Shown here one piece after another: positions 1 through 8,885 of a stretch of 64,000 nt of DNA. The position numbers were made by a program, and so were the translations under genes. The DNA comes from Candidatus Bathyarchaeota archaeon. Lineage in GTDB: Archaea; Thermoproteota; Bathyarchaeia; Bathyarchaeales; Bathycorpusculaceae. The stretch is taken from NCBI GenBank assembly GCA_963828195.1, contig CAWHDT010000009.1, positions 1-64,000 on the forward strand, in the 5' to 3' direction. Below the pieces are notes generated by a model. It saw only the letters and a list, made by a program, of their open reading frames with translations. It was not told the origin of the DNA and did not search any database. Every line of letters begins with the position of its first letter. The stretch's first letter is position 1.

Positions 1-21
1 CTTTGAGAATCAGACATTTTC

Positions 22-1386
22 TCAGCTTGTTGCGGGCAGCGTTTGTATTTCACTTTTTATCCTTTCGGGATTAAACAGCAGAATGTCATTGGCTTCGTTT
101 AAGTCGAACCCTGATTTTGAAAAGAGCACTTTCTTAACAGTTTTTTTGGTTTTTACAGCTTTAGATGATTCTTCAAGATTGTTTAGGTCCATTAGACCTA
201 GTTTTTTGTTTGTCCATTTGCACTCTGCAAAATACATGCAGCTATCTGTTTCTGTAATGAAATCTATCTCTTTTTCTTCGAACTTATTGGGCGTAACCTC
301 CACTTGCCCCCACCAGCGTCCCGTTCTGATTACTTTTTCACCTTTGACCTTTAAGTATGCTGCAAAAAAGTCTTTGCAAAACGTTTCGAACCTCTTACTG
401 ACAAACTCGTTAATCACCTCTTTATTGGGCTGTTCGGGCTTGCCATAAACGTGGGCGAACCAGAAGGCAATGGTGTTATCTTTGATTGAGTATAGTCCTT
501 TCTTGCTTCGTTGGATGTTTTGCCCAAAGGGCACGTTCCGCTCTACAAGTTGGAAGTCTTGTTGTAGTGAAATTATGTATTTAGAGAGTGTTGTCTGTGA
601 CACGCCAAGTCTATTAGCTATTTCGCTGCCTGTGACGACGCCTGCGCCTATCGCTTCTATTATTGAGAAATATTTTTTATAGGAGACTCCGAATTCTTGT
701 CGGAGTACATTTTGTCCTTCTTCCTTGAGAGGTGCGGCGACGTCAAAAAAGAGGTCATTTATAGGATTCGTAATGCCCATTTTCTCAAGCAATTCGTAAT
801 AGAAAGGCACTCCTCCCAGTATGCAGTAGTTTCTAATCTTTTCCAAGGCATCCACACCCAGATCTTCTTGAATTTCCCAAACAACTCTCAATGTTAATGG
901 TTGAAGTATTAGCTGGTAACTTGCTCTGTTGAAAAGGGGTGCCTTCTGTTGGGTGAATATCTTGTTCATCATGCTAACGTAGGAGCCTGAAAGGATGAGT
1001 TTTTTTGAACTTGTTTCTTTGTATTTCTCCCAAATCCTTTGAAAGACGTATGGTATTGAAGCGTTCACTTCGATAAGATTTGGAAACTCGTCTATGTAGA
1101 GAATCTGTTTCTTTGAGTTGTTGAAATAGTATTCAAGAGCTTGTTCAACGTTATTTAGTGAAGGCGCGTAACCGTCAGCGAGGGCAACTGCAAAATCGGC
1201 TGCTACTTGTTTTTCTTCTTTTGGTACTATGAGAATCTTGACTGCTTCTTTTTCTTTTAGAAATTCATTAATGAGTCTGCTCTTGCCTATTCGCCTGCGC
1301 CCACTCACTACTATCATCTCTGCGCCTTTTCGGGAACAGGCTGCGTCTAATGCCTTAAGTTCAATTTGTCTACTATAGAACTTCAT
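22..1386 (-). CDS. Archaeal ATPase (ATPase_2) + wHTH + DUF234-type PD-(D/E)XK domain
   Basis: Walker A GRRRIGKS, Walker B YIDEFP, LILSGS, C-terminal GRWW...EIDF...AECKW. Confidence 0.85.
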   Translation of the reverse strand: MKFYSRQIELKALDAACSRKGAEMIVVSGRRRIGKSRLINEFLKEKEAVKILIVPKEEKQVAADFAVALADGYAPSLNNVEQALEYYFNNSKKQILYIDEFPNLIEVNASIPYVFQRIWEKYKETSSKKLILSGSYVSMMNKIFTQQKAPLFNRASYQLILQPLTLRVVWEIQEDLGVDALEKIRNYCILGGVPFYYELLEKMGITNPINDLFFDVAAPLKEEGQNVLRQEFGVSYKKYFSIIEAIGAGVVTGSEIANRLGVSQTTLSKYIISLQQDFQLVERNVPFGQNIQRSKKGLYSIKDNTIAFWFAHVYGKPEQPNKEVINEFVSKRFETFCKDFFAAYLKVKGEKVIRTGRWWGQVEVTPNKFEEKEIDFITETDSCMYFAECKWTNKKLGLMDLNNLEESSKAVKTKKTVKKVLFSKSGFDLNEANDILLFNPERIKSEIQTLPATS

Positions 1387-1437
1387 ATTATTCCACTCAG
1401 GATAATCCTACGGCTGGATAATCAACGAATTCGAACC

Positions 1438-1514
1438 GCTGTGCGTGAACCAGCGCAGACTTTAGAGTGCTTGACTATTGGAGAAGCCACCCAACTTGTC
1501 GGTTGGTAGTTCAC
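1438..1514 (+). mobile_element. IS200/IS605-family right-end / TnpB omegaRNA-like relic, no transposase
   Basis: GAAG-hairpin(CCAAC/GTTGG)-TAGTTCAC terminus; upstream hairpin carries GTGAAC (1445-1450) complementary to terminal GTTCAC (1509-1514). Confidence 0.5.
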
Positions 1515-1918
1515 AGTTCCTCAAATATTATTTCTAAGTTCTTTTCACAGAAAGTTATTTTGAAATGAGGAAAAACATCTGTTCTGCCTAGCAGCCGTGG
1601 AACCTCATTAGAAACTGCAAAGGCAGCTTCAACATCCAACTCGGTATCTCCAATCCTAATTTTAATTTTATGAGTGTACGCTGGAATTAATATTCTTCCA
1701 ACACCAACTATCGGGCGGTAATCACCTTGAACTAGATTTAAACCTAAGAGGTCAGCATCGACTCTCCTGAACAAAGACAAATCTGCCCCGCTGTCGATAT
1801 AAACACGAGAGGGCTGCCACGCGCCATTTTTTGAGCACAGAAAAACAGTGGCTTTAGGTCGGTTAATGGTTCCTGATCCAAGAGGTTCAGGCGAGTACTT
1901 GAAAACATACCTTCTCAA
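1511..1918 (-). CDS. Retropepsin-like aspartic protease
   Basis: YIDSGAD catalytic motif and LLGRTD motif, 135 aa. Confidence 0.85.
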   Translation of the reverse strand: MRRYVFKYSPEPLGSGTINRPKATVFLCSKNGAWQPSRVYIDSGADLSLFRRVDADLLGLNLVQGDYRPIVGVGRILIPAYTHKIKIRIGDTELDVEAAFAVSNEVPRLLGRTDVFPHFKITFCEKNLEIIFEEL

Positions 1919-2139
1919 ACTATCAGCACATCAGCAGATTGAATATAGTCAAGTATTATTTCTTCAGTTTTCGCTTCGGGGCATTTCTTTAAAGCTTTCT
2001 TCAATGCCTCACTCGGCGTATTCCCAGATGCCACTATCTTATTCTTGTATATAGCGACGTCCTTCCCTCTGTACTTCTTATACTCTTCCGCTGTTATCTG
2101 TGGTGCGTCAAACACTTTTTCAATTACCTTTTCTGGCAC
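1915..2139 (-). CDS. DUF5678-like small protein, partner of retropepsin
   Basis: KYRGKDVAIYKNKIVASG motif; 4-nt overlap with the protease gene. Confidence 0.75.
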   Translation of the reverse strand: MPEKVIEKVFDAPQITAEEYKKYRGKDVAIYKNKIVASGNTPSEALKKALKKCPEAKTEEIILDYIQSADVLIV

Positions 2140-2446
2140 TCAGAAACACCTATATGATAAGTTAATGCCTGCAGCATCTATTAAGTTTTCCAGAAGTTGC
2201 TTATTGCGGGGTTGTGTTGGCTCTTTTTGTTCTGTTGGTGCTATTTACGTTGTTCCTTCTTCTTTCAATAGATCATGTTTTGATGTGTGTTTTCAAGTGA
2301 ATTTCTGCTAAGGTGCTTTTTGTTGATTCCCTGATTTTAAGAAGCAGCTTTGGGGTGGACATTTGTAGTCAGGGGGCTGTGCTGTAAGAACTGCGGTGTT
2401 GTTACCAGTGCGAAAATAGAGGAATATATCAACAAAAATTAGATGT

Positions 2447-2479
2447 GGATGCTCGCCTCGGAAGAGGCGAGTAGTTCAC
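2447..2479 (+). mobile_element. IS200/IS605 right-end-like hairpin
   Basis: GGAT-GCTCGCCTC-GGAA-GAGGCGAGT-AGTTCAC: 9-bp stem, GNRA loop, same TAGTTCAC end as 1507-1514. Confidence 0.5.
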
Positions 2480-2499
2480 TTTCTGTTCTATTCTATCTT

Positions 2500-2559
2500 C
2501 TACGTTTTTTGCGCGAACCACTTTATTGTTCTCTTGAGTCCTTCTCCAAAACTCACTTT
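2500..2559 (-). pseudogene. Displaced 3' end of a UDP-glucuronate decarboxylase gene (copy 1)
   Basis: Translates KVSFGEGLKRTIKWFAQKT*; the intact gene at 12015 ends KVSFEEGLKRTVAWFKQKT*. Confidence 0.85.
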
Positions 2560-2591
2560 AATTAAAATCCACTAAAAAACGGCAGTTACTA

Positions 2592-3293
2592 TTACTCGCT
2601 AAGCTTTTTCAAAAGATTTTCCATGTTTCTTTGAGCGTTCTCAATTTGTTTTTTCACGTCAACAGTTAATCTAAATACGCCTTTCAACGAGTCAACTAGT
2701 TTAGGATCATTTAGCATTTCCATTATGTTGCAGACCTGCGTTTTTAACAGTTCATTTCTCCCTCTTTTTAGATGAGACAGAATCTCTTCCAAGTCTACGT
2801 TCCCCATTAACATAATTATATCGCGTACGTCAGTTCTTCTTGCCGAATGAATCTTAAATGCAATCATCAATTCCTTCTCCGGAACTCTGCAGTTAGCCAC
2901 TGTTTCTATTCCCGCGATGGCTATTTCCACTGAATATTTCTTTATATAATCAAAACTCCAAGCTGCCTCAGTGGTTCTGCAGACTAGACTTCCAACGAGA
3001 AGGTCAAAAGTTACTGGAAGCTCTCCCACTTTCTTCTCGTAACTAACAAACTCACCAGCATATGTTTCGTCAAACCCTTTTTTCTTAACGTTCCTTTCAA
3101 AACCATATCCTTGCAATAACTCTTCGACCAAAAGCATTTCTTTTTTTGATACAACAACATCGCAATCTACAGAAAATCTGTGAGCACCCAACCCACTGAC
3201 CGCGTAACCCCCAACCACAACAAAATCCACCTTTTCCTCCGCGAGCCTGTTAATGGTCAGTATTATTTCGTTCTCTCTACTCACAAACTCCAT
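2592..3293 (-). CDS. Nucleotidyltransferase (AbiEii-like / DUF6036-like), putative type IV TA toxin
   Basis: VVVGGYAV...RFSVDCDVV, FKIHSARRTDVRD motifs. Confidence 0.7.
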   Translation of the reverse strand: MEFVSRENEIILTINRLAEEKVDFVVVGGYAVSGLGAHRFSVDCDVVVSKKEMLLVEELLQGYGFERNVKKKGFDETYAGEFVSYEKKVGELPVTFDLLVGSLVCRTTEAAWSFDYIKKYSVEIAIAGIETVANCRVPEKELMIAFKIHSARRTDVRDIIMLMGNVDLEEILSHLKRGRNELLKTQVCNIMEMLNDPKLVDSLKGVFRLTVDVKKQIENAQRNMENLLKKLSE

Positions 3294-3302
3294 ACAAACC
3301 CA

Positions 3303-3929
3303 CTACATATTCGTCTTTGTTTCCATGTACTTTACATTTAAACCCAGTTTATACATTTCATCTAACATCTCCAGAGCTGGCTCAAAAGAGTAAACATTCC
3401 TTTGACAAAACTCCACAGCCTCCTTCAGCGGCGTGACGCAAAAGCCATTCACTTCTTCCAATTCAAAATGAACTGCAGGATACAGCACATAGAACACGCC
3501 AAACAACGTCTCTCTCAAAGGCTGATTTTCAATCCGGAACCTTTTTTTTCTAGAATTAAAAAATTTCTTCCACTTACTCAAATTCTGCCTTTCAACTTTA
3601 AAATGGATCGGGTAAAAACCAAAAAATCTGTCAGCTTGATAGCCGCCTTTGGTCCATAAGAACACTGCATCTGGTCCAGTTAAAGCGTAACGCATGTTTG
3701 CTTCTTTTAACAAGTCATATGAACCAGCTATGTTGGTTCTTTTAGCCAGATACTGCTCTGGAGAATTGACTTTGTATTTGCCCCATCCAACTCTCTCTAA
3801 TAATTCTTTTTTGGTCATATCATGTAAGACTTTGTTTGCGTCAGGACTGGCGAAAGTTGAAGAAAACTCTTTTACGGTAAACTCCTTCTTCCAACTTAAT
3901 AACACATTCCACAATTCATCATAAGCCAT
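3303..3929 (-). CDS. AbiEi-like antitoxin / transcriptional regulator
   Basis: N-terminal wHTH-like segment (LERVGWGKY), YALTG motif, upstream of the NTase gene; probable start ATG at 3929. Confidence 0.6.
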   Translation of the reverse strand: MAYDELWNVLLSWKKEFTVKEFSSTFASPDANKVLHDMTKKELLERVGWGKYKVNSPEQYLAKRTNIAGSYDLLKEANMRYALTGPDAVFLWTKGGYQADRFFGFYPIHFKVERQNLSKWKKFFNSRKKRFRIENQPLRETLFGVFYVLYPAVHFELEEVNGFCVTPLKEAVEFCQRNVYSFEPALEMLDEMYKLGLNVKYMETKTNM

Positions 3930-3932
3930 AAA

Positions 3933-3951
3933 TATTACTGTAACAGTAATA
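3933..3951. promoter_or_regulatory. Perfect palindromic operator
   Basis: TATTACTGT-A-ACAGTAATA, 3 nt upstream of the ATG of the AbiEi-like gene. Confidence 0.6.
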
Positions 3952-4023
3952 AAAAATAAATGTTTCGTTTCCAAAATACCTAAAATTTTGCAAAAAACAG
4001 AATAAACTCTAAATGTTAAGCGA

Positions 4024-4153
4024 CTACTCTTTGCGAAACCAAGTTACCGTTCTCTCGAGCCCTCCTCCAAAACTCACGTTAGTTAAAATCCACTAAAAAA
4101 CGGCGGTTACTATTACTCGCTAAGCTTTTTCAAAAGGTTTTCCATTTTTCTTT
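4024..4153 (-). repeat. Diverged duplicate of 2500-2633: NTase 3' end + spacer + decarboxylase 3' end (copy 2)
   Basis: Encodes ..MENLLKKLSE* followed by NVSFGGGLERTVTWFRKE*; shared TTAAAATCCACTAAAAAACGGC.GTTACTATTACTCGCTAAGCTTTTTCAAAAG. Confidence 0.85.
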
Positions 4154-4257
4154 GAAACACCGGTTCATTTGCCTAACGCATTTATGCAGGTTTAAGGGTA
4201 ACTTCCATGACGCTCCATTCAAGGGTTCGCTCATTTTTCTCGGCATAATCTTCATTT

Positions 4258-5628
4258 TTAGCTTTCATGTTTTAGGTCTCGAAGGTCTATAGCCATGAAA
4301 CCTTCGTTTCTTATTTTTTCTTTTTCTTCTATTTTTTTAGCCATTAACCCGAGGGTGATTTCTTTTGCTTCAGGTATTTGTTGCGTCTTCGCTGCCAGGT
4401 CTGACAGCAGCCTTTTCGCGTCAAGATAACTTAAATCAGCCCACTTTACTTCAACTGCTAATGCCCTACGGGTTTTCGTTTCCAATCCTAAAAGGTCTAT
4501 TTCAGTTCCCTTCCACCACCACTTCCCAATACGATCTACCCTTATAGGGAGACGATTAGTCTTGGCCATCTCTACTAATATTTCACTGCAAACTTCCTCA
4601 AAGACATAACCCAGATAGCGATTAAATTCATCCTTAACACTTTCCCACACACTTGCTTCCAACTCTAATTCAATTTGTCTTCGATTAGGTCTTATGAACT
4701 TAAACCAGAAATTAAAGAACTGATCCTTCATGTGGTAGAGCCCCTTTTTGGCTTCCTGTTCGGTTACAGGCCTAATTCTCTCAATCAAATTGAGAATCTC
4801 TAAAGTCTTGAGGTATGTAGTTGTGTTTTCTCGGCTAAGACCAGTAGTGTCTGCAATCTCACTTAACGTGTTTTTGCCAGAAGCTATAGCCGTAAGTATA
4901 TCCATGTAACGTTGCGGAGCCCTTATCTCCTCCATCAGCAACATTTCAGGCTCGTCATACAGGGCAGAACGTTTACTCAAAATTTTTTCAACAATGTTAT
5001 TTTCTACACTTAAATTTTCATCTACATGCTCCAAGTATGCCGGTGTTCCCCCGAAACTCCCATAAATCATCACAAGCTCTTCAGCAGAATACTTCTTAAA
5101 CCAACTAAACAAGTCTAGATACTTTAACGGTTCTACTTTCAGCGTTGCTGTTCTTCTCCCATACAGTGGAGCGTTTCCGCTTAAAGCGACTTTTCTTATT
5201 GCACCTATCGATGAACCTGAGAAAATCAGAAAAGACCTGCTTACTGAAAGTTTCTCGTCCCAATACTTTTGTATTAGCGAAATGGCGCCATCGATGTTAA
5301 TTAACCTCTGGAACTCATCAATTGCCACAACAGTGCCATTTCCCGACTTTTTTACAATATACTCCATGAACGAACTAAAATTTGAAAAATTGAAGCCTTC
5401 AAAAAACTCACTCTCCACAACATGAGAGAACTCGGCTAGAATAGTTTTCTCCTCTGCATTGGGAACATAAAAATAGAGGCTGGGTTTATTCTTAAGAAAT
5501 TCTTGAACGAGCCGAGTTTTACCAACTCTTCTGCGGCCGTAAAGGAGAACGAGCGCCGCTTTCTTTTCGTTACGTAGGCTGTTGAGCGCTTCGAGCTCAG
5601 CTTTTCTGTCAACAAAACTAAGAATCAT
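4258..5628 (-). CDS. Archaeal ATPase + wHTH + DUF234-type PD-(D/E)XK domain
   Basis: GRRRVGKT, AIDEFQ, FSGSS, GKWW...EIDLL...VEVKW. Confidence 0.88.
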   Translation of the reverse strand: MILSFVDRKAELEALNSLRNEKKAALVLLYGRRRVGKTRLVQEFLKNKPSLYFYVPNAEEKTILAEFSHVVESEFFEGFNFSNFSSFMEYIVKKSGNGTVVAIDEFQRLINIDGAISLIQKYWDEKLSVSRSFLIFSGSSIGAIRKVALSGNAPLYGRRTATLKVEPLKYLDLFSWFKKYSAEELVMIYGSFGGTPAYLEHVDENLSVENNIVEKILSKRSALYDEPEMLLMEEIRAPQRYMDILTAIASGKNTLSEIADTTGLSRENTTTYLKTLEILNLIERIRPVTEQEAKKGLYHMKDQFFNFWFKFIRPNRRQIELELEASVWESVKDEFNRYLGYVFEEVCSEILVEMAKTNRLPIRVDRIGKWWWKGTEIDLLGLETKTRRALAVEVKWADLSYLDAKRLLSDLAAKTQQIPEAKEITLGLMAKKIEEKEKIRNEGFMAIDLRDLKHES

Positions 5629-5653
5629 GATTGTAACAATCTAGATTGTAACA
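5629..5653. promoter_or_regulatory. Tandem GATTGTAACAA direct repeat at the gene start (putative operator)
   Basis: Two exact 11-mers with 14-bp periodicity, immediately upstream of the ATG. Confidence 0.5.
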
Positions 5654-5808
5654 AATTAACCTTTTCCCTTTCACTCTGCGGACCTGTTAATCATCAATAT
5701 TATTTCATTCTTTCTATTTGAGGCATAATCAAAACGAGTATTTTTTAATTTTTGTTAATTTTAACCATAGTAAAATTTAAAAGTTGTTAGCAATTCTATT
5801 GATAAATA

Positions 5809-7107
5809 GTGAAGGGCAAAGGCATGATAAGTGAAGCGTATCCAAGAGACATCCTATTAGACCTGAACAAGTGGATAAACCGCAGGGAAGCCTATGCAAT
5901 AAAAGGTCCAAGGCAGTCGGGAAAAACAACCATCCTAAAACAACTACAGAAAAGCTTGTCTGAAAAAAAAGTTATTTTCCTAAATTTTGAAGATCCAGAT
6001 ATATTGGAATCATTTGAAGCCAATCCAAAAGAATACATTAGCAGCTATATGACCAGCAAAGATCCGTACTTTTTTCTTATGGATGAGTATCAATACGTAA
6101 AAAACTGCGGAAAAACTCTCAAGTTCCTCTATGACACCTTCGAAAACGTAAAGTTCATAGTTACTGGAAGCTCATCACTCGAACTTTGTGGAGACATGGC
6201 TAAATTCCTTGTCGGACGGGTTTTCTTCTTCGAAGTGTTTCCTTTCAGTTTTCACGAGTTTTTAACGACCAAGGACTCCCGATTAGCCAATATTTACCAA
6301 GAAAAAAACCGTCAAATCAAACAATTCATGCTTATCGGCTCCTCGCAAAATATTGAAACCGCTGACATTTTCCACAAGGAATTTATTTCACCTCTAAACG
6401 AGTTCTTAACATTCGGGGGATACCCAGCTGTCGTAACAGCTCAGGATGCCGAAACTAAAAGAATTATCCTGAAAAACATCTACGACACTTACGTCTCAAA
6501 AGACGTAATAGAGTTCCTTAGAGTTAGCGACCCATCAAAATATCGTTGTATAGCCCGAACTTTAGCAGCCCTAACAGGGAAAATACTGAACTTCAATGAA
6601 GTCAGCAAAACATGTCAAAGTTACTATAAGGAAACAAAGAAAACCATCTCTACGCTCCAAGAAACCTACATAACCCAACTTATCCAGCCGTTCCATAAAA
6701 ACCCTCTAACCGAACTGAAAAAAAACCCGAAAGTATACTTTTACGATACAGGACTGAGAAACTATATACTTAACAATTTCAATCCGCTGGAGAAAAGAAC
6801 TGACGCAGGTAACCTCGCTGAAAACCATGTTTTCCTTGCCTTACGAAACAGCTTTCCAGACAAAACCATTAACTACTGGCGAACTACAAACAAAGCCGAA
6901 GTTGATTTCATTATCAACTTAGATGACGAAATTGTTCCTGTAGAAGCCAAATACCAGGTGTTCCAGAAACCCAAAATCTCCAGAAGCTTCCGAAGCTTCA
7001 TAGAAACCTACAAACCAAAAAAGGCGTTGATAGCTACAAAAGATTATTGGGCTATCGAAAAAATCGAAAACACAACTGTACTCTTCGCACCTATGTACTA
7101 CTTCTAG
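5809..7107 (+). CDS. AAA_14 ATPase with DUF4143 domain
   Basis: GPRQSGKT, LMDEYQ, VTGSS, GGYP, KVYFYDTG, EVDF..PVEAKY; start may be ATG 5824. Confidence 0.88.
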   Translation: MKGKGMISEAYPRDILLDLNKWINRREAYAIKGPRQSGKTTILKQLQKSLSEKKVIFLNFEDPDILESFEANPKEYISSYMTSKDPYFFLMDEYQYVKNCGKTLKFLYDTFENVKFIVTGSSSLELCGDMAKFLVGRVFFFEVFPFSFHEFLTTKDSRLANIYQEKNRQIKQFMLIGSSQNIETADIFHKEFISPLNEFLTFGGYPAVVTAQDAETKRIILKNIYDTYVSKDVIEFLRVSDPSKYRCIARTLAALTGKILNFNEVSKTCQSYYKETKKTISTLQETYITQLIQPFHKNPLTELKKNPKVYFYDTGLRNYILNNFNPLEKRTDAGNLAENHVFLALRNSFPDKTINYWRTTNKAEVDFIINLDDEIVPVEAKYQVFQKPKISRSFRSFIETYKPKKALIATKDYWAIEKIENTTVLFAPMYYF

Positions 7108-7220
7108 CCTTGCCTTATACACCTAAATCTGCATCCTTTCTTAAGCGTTGCCAACATTTACAACTTCAAAAATAAATTCAGTTTGCTCGGGTTGAGCTTC
7201 ATGAACAGGACCCTGGCATT

Positions 7221-7301
7221 CACTTTTGTTTTTTGCCACCGCATCTCCAGCCTAGTGGTGTCTGGGCAGCGCCTTTAGGGTCGTCCTTGGGCAACGGATG
7301 A
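7221..7301 (-). pseudogene. Displaced near-3' fragment of the UDP-glucuronate decarboxylase gene (copy 3)
   Basis: HPLPKDDPK/RRCPDTTRLE with a 1-nt deletion; DNA aligns to about 12095-12152. Confidence 0.85.
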
Positions 7302-7396
7302 TATTCTATGGTTGACTTGCATTTTGTTGTTTCTTTAACTTTCTTGCTAAGTCAAGTATTGGGCATTTGGTTATTTTGATTATTAACTTGGTTGGT

Positions 7397-7500
7397 TGCA
7401 ATTGCTTTGCTCTATTTTAAGGTGACCTGAAAATTTTGGGTCGGCTAGCACACTGGAGCCTAAATCACCTGTCACTGTGCTAGTGCTCCAGGCGGAAGCC
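7397..7500. repeat. Intergenic repeat family B, copy 1
   Basis: Aligns to 11600-11703 (TGCTCTATTTTAAGGT.ACCT.AAAATTTT...GGCTAGCACACT...CACCTGT.ACTGTGC). Confidence 0.8.
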
Positions 7501-7620
7501 TCAATTTAAGAGGTCCCAGCTGCAGGAGGATTTGGAACGGTTTCTTTCGCTTTCATCATGCTATTCGCTCCGAAAATTCTATATGCCTCTTTACCAGTAA
7601 ACCACTTTAGAGGTTTGGAG

Positions 7621-7947
7621 TTGACTAAAGTAAGCGTCTACGTGGACGATTCGGTATGGTTGAAATTCAAAGCGCAGGTGTTTGAGAAACACGGTAGCCT
7701 TCGGAAAATAAGCAGCGAAGTTGAAGCGCTTCTGCAAGCCACAATCATGGAGGACGAAATCACTTCAGCCTTAAAAAAACCGGCATCACAGTAGATCGGG
7801 GAATTTCTTCGAAGGAAATAAAACAAACAAGAACTACTCTCAAAGGACCTTCTTGAGAGGAAATCGTGAAAGAAATGCGGCGCAGAAGAGTTGCGGAAAC
7901 TTTACCTCGACGCTAGCGTTATGCTAAGGTCTCAACATATTTTTTAA
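7621..7947 (+). pseudogene. Broken vapBC-type pair (RHH antitoxin + PIN toxin stub)
   Basis: TKVSVYVDDSVW RHH start, frameshift near an A7 run, internal stop in GPS*EEIVKEMRRRR; toxin start MRKLYLDASV at 7891 stops after 18 codons. Confidence 0.7.
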
Positions 7948-8026
7948 TTTGTTAAAGCATACCTAAAGTCAGGTACTGACGAGGAAGCTCTCACGGAGTT
8001 TAAGCTGTGAGCAAAGCTGACTGAAC

Positions 8027-8572
8027 TCATCTGTTATCACAGCTCTTTAACACTTTTCCGCTCAAGCCGTCAGAATTGTACTTGAAAGTTTCGTTTTGAC
8101 GTAGCGCCAAACTCCATGTCAAAGCTGAAACCCCAACCATTACAAGCATGAACTCGAGCTGGAGAAGAGAGTTCCATGTTCCAAAGACGCCTGCCCACTG
8201 TGACCACCACCAAACGACACTGTTTACTGGTAAACCTCCCGCCCAAACCGTGAAGTACAATATATCTTGCAGTCCGCCCAGCGCAAGCAGATTGATTGTT
8301 ACCAAGAGCGCAACTGCAACTCTTTTGTCAAAGGATGTTTTGGGTGAAGCCAGCCAGTAGACGAAGGCTGCTGTGGCTGAGAAAACAACGAAGGTGAAGC
8401 TGTAGGTTAGCCAGTACGTGTTGGCCCAGTTGTAGGAGAACACTAAGCCGTAGTTGTATAGGACTGAGTTTACGGTGAAGTCTATTCTTGACATGAACAA
8501 AAAGAACAGAAACACAAAGAACACTAGCGCAAACGCTTTCCAGAATCTCGCATCGGCATTTCTGAAAACCAA
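8027..8572 (-). CDS. Uncharacterised membrane protein (about 4 TM)
   Basis: Hydrophobic segments; likely TTG start at 8572 after a GAAGGGAG RBS-like motif; the ORF-track N-terminal extension looks spurious. Confidence 0.65.
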   Translation of the reverse strand: MVFRNADARFWKAFALVFFVFLFFLFMSRIDFTVNSVLYNYGLVFSYNWANTYWLTYSFTFVVFSATAAFVYWLASPKTSFDKRVAVALLVTINLLALGGLQDILYFTVWAGGLPVNSVVWWWSQWAGVFGTWNSLLQLEFMLVMVGVSALTWSLALRQNETFKYNSDGLSGKVLKSCDNR

Positions 8573-8707
8573 AAATCTCCCTTCAACACCATGCATGAAA
8601 CCAGCGGAGCCCCCAAAAAAGAAGGCTAAAATGAACTCGCTGTGCCAAGTTAAATCAACCCGCTCTGGCTTTAAATAACCTTGTGGTAGAGCCAAATCAG
8701 CAACAAA
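8565..8707 (-). repeat. Repeat family A, copy 1: promoter/leader of the 8027 membrane protein gene
   Basis: Aligns to 10290-10427; contains TATTTAAAG TATA-like box and RBS-like motif on the minus strand. Confidence 0.8.
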
Positions 8708-8855
8708 AAGCGAATCCCTGAGAACAACTGTACCCTTCAGCATCGTTAAGCAATTTGGCTTAACTGAATATGATAAGCTGGATTGGACTCTGAAGGTTGA
8801 AAACGGAGAACTTATTATCCAAGTCGAACCAATAAAGACTGGAAGAACTGAGTGA
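8682..8855 (+). pseudogene. 5'-truncated AbrB/MazE/SpoVT-like gene
   Basis: ATKSESLRTTVPFSIVKQFGLTEYDKLDWTLKVENGELIIQVEP*, no start codon; begins inside repeat A. Confidence 0.7.
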
Positions 8856-8885
8856 CCTCTTTGCATGTCGAGTTAGTAGCAACAG

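Noticed and set aside
7444-7491. HDV-like ribozyme topology in repeat B
   Set aside because: No room for P1.1, P4 or J4/2 with the catalytic C.
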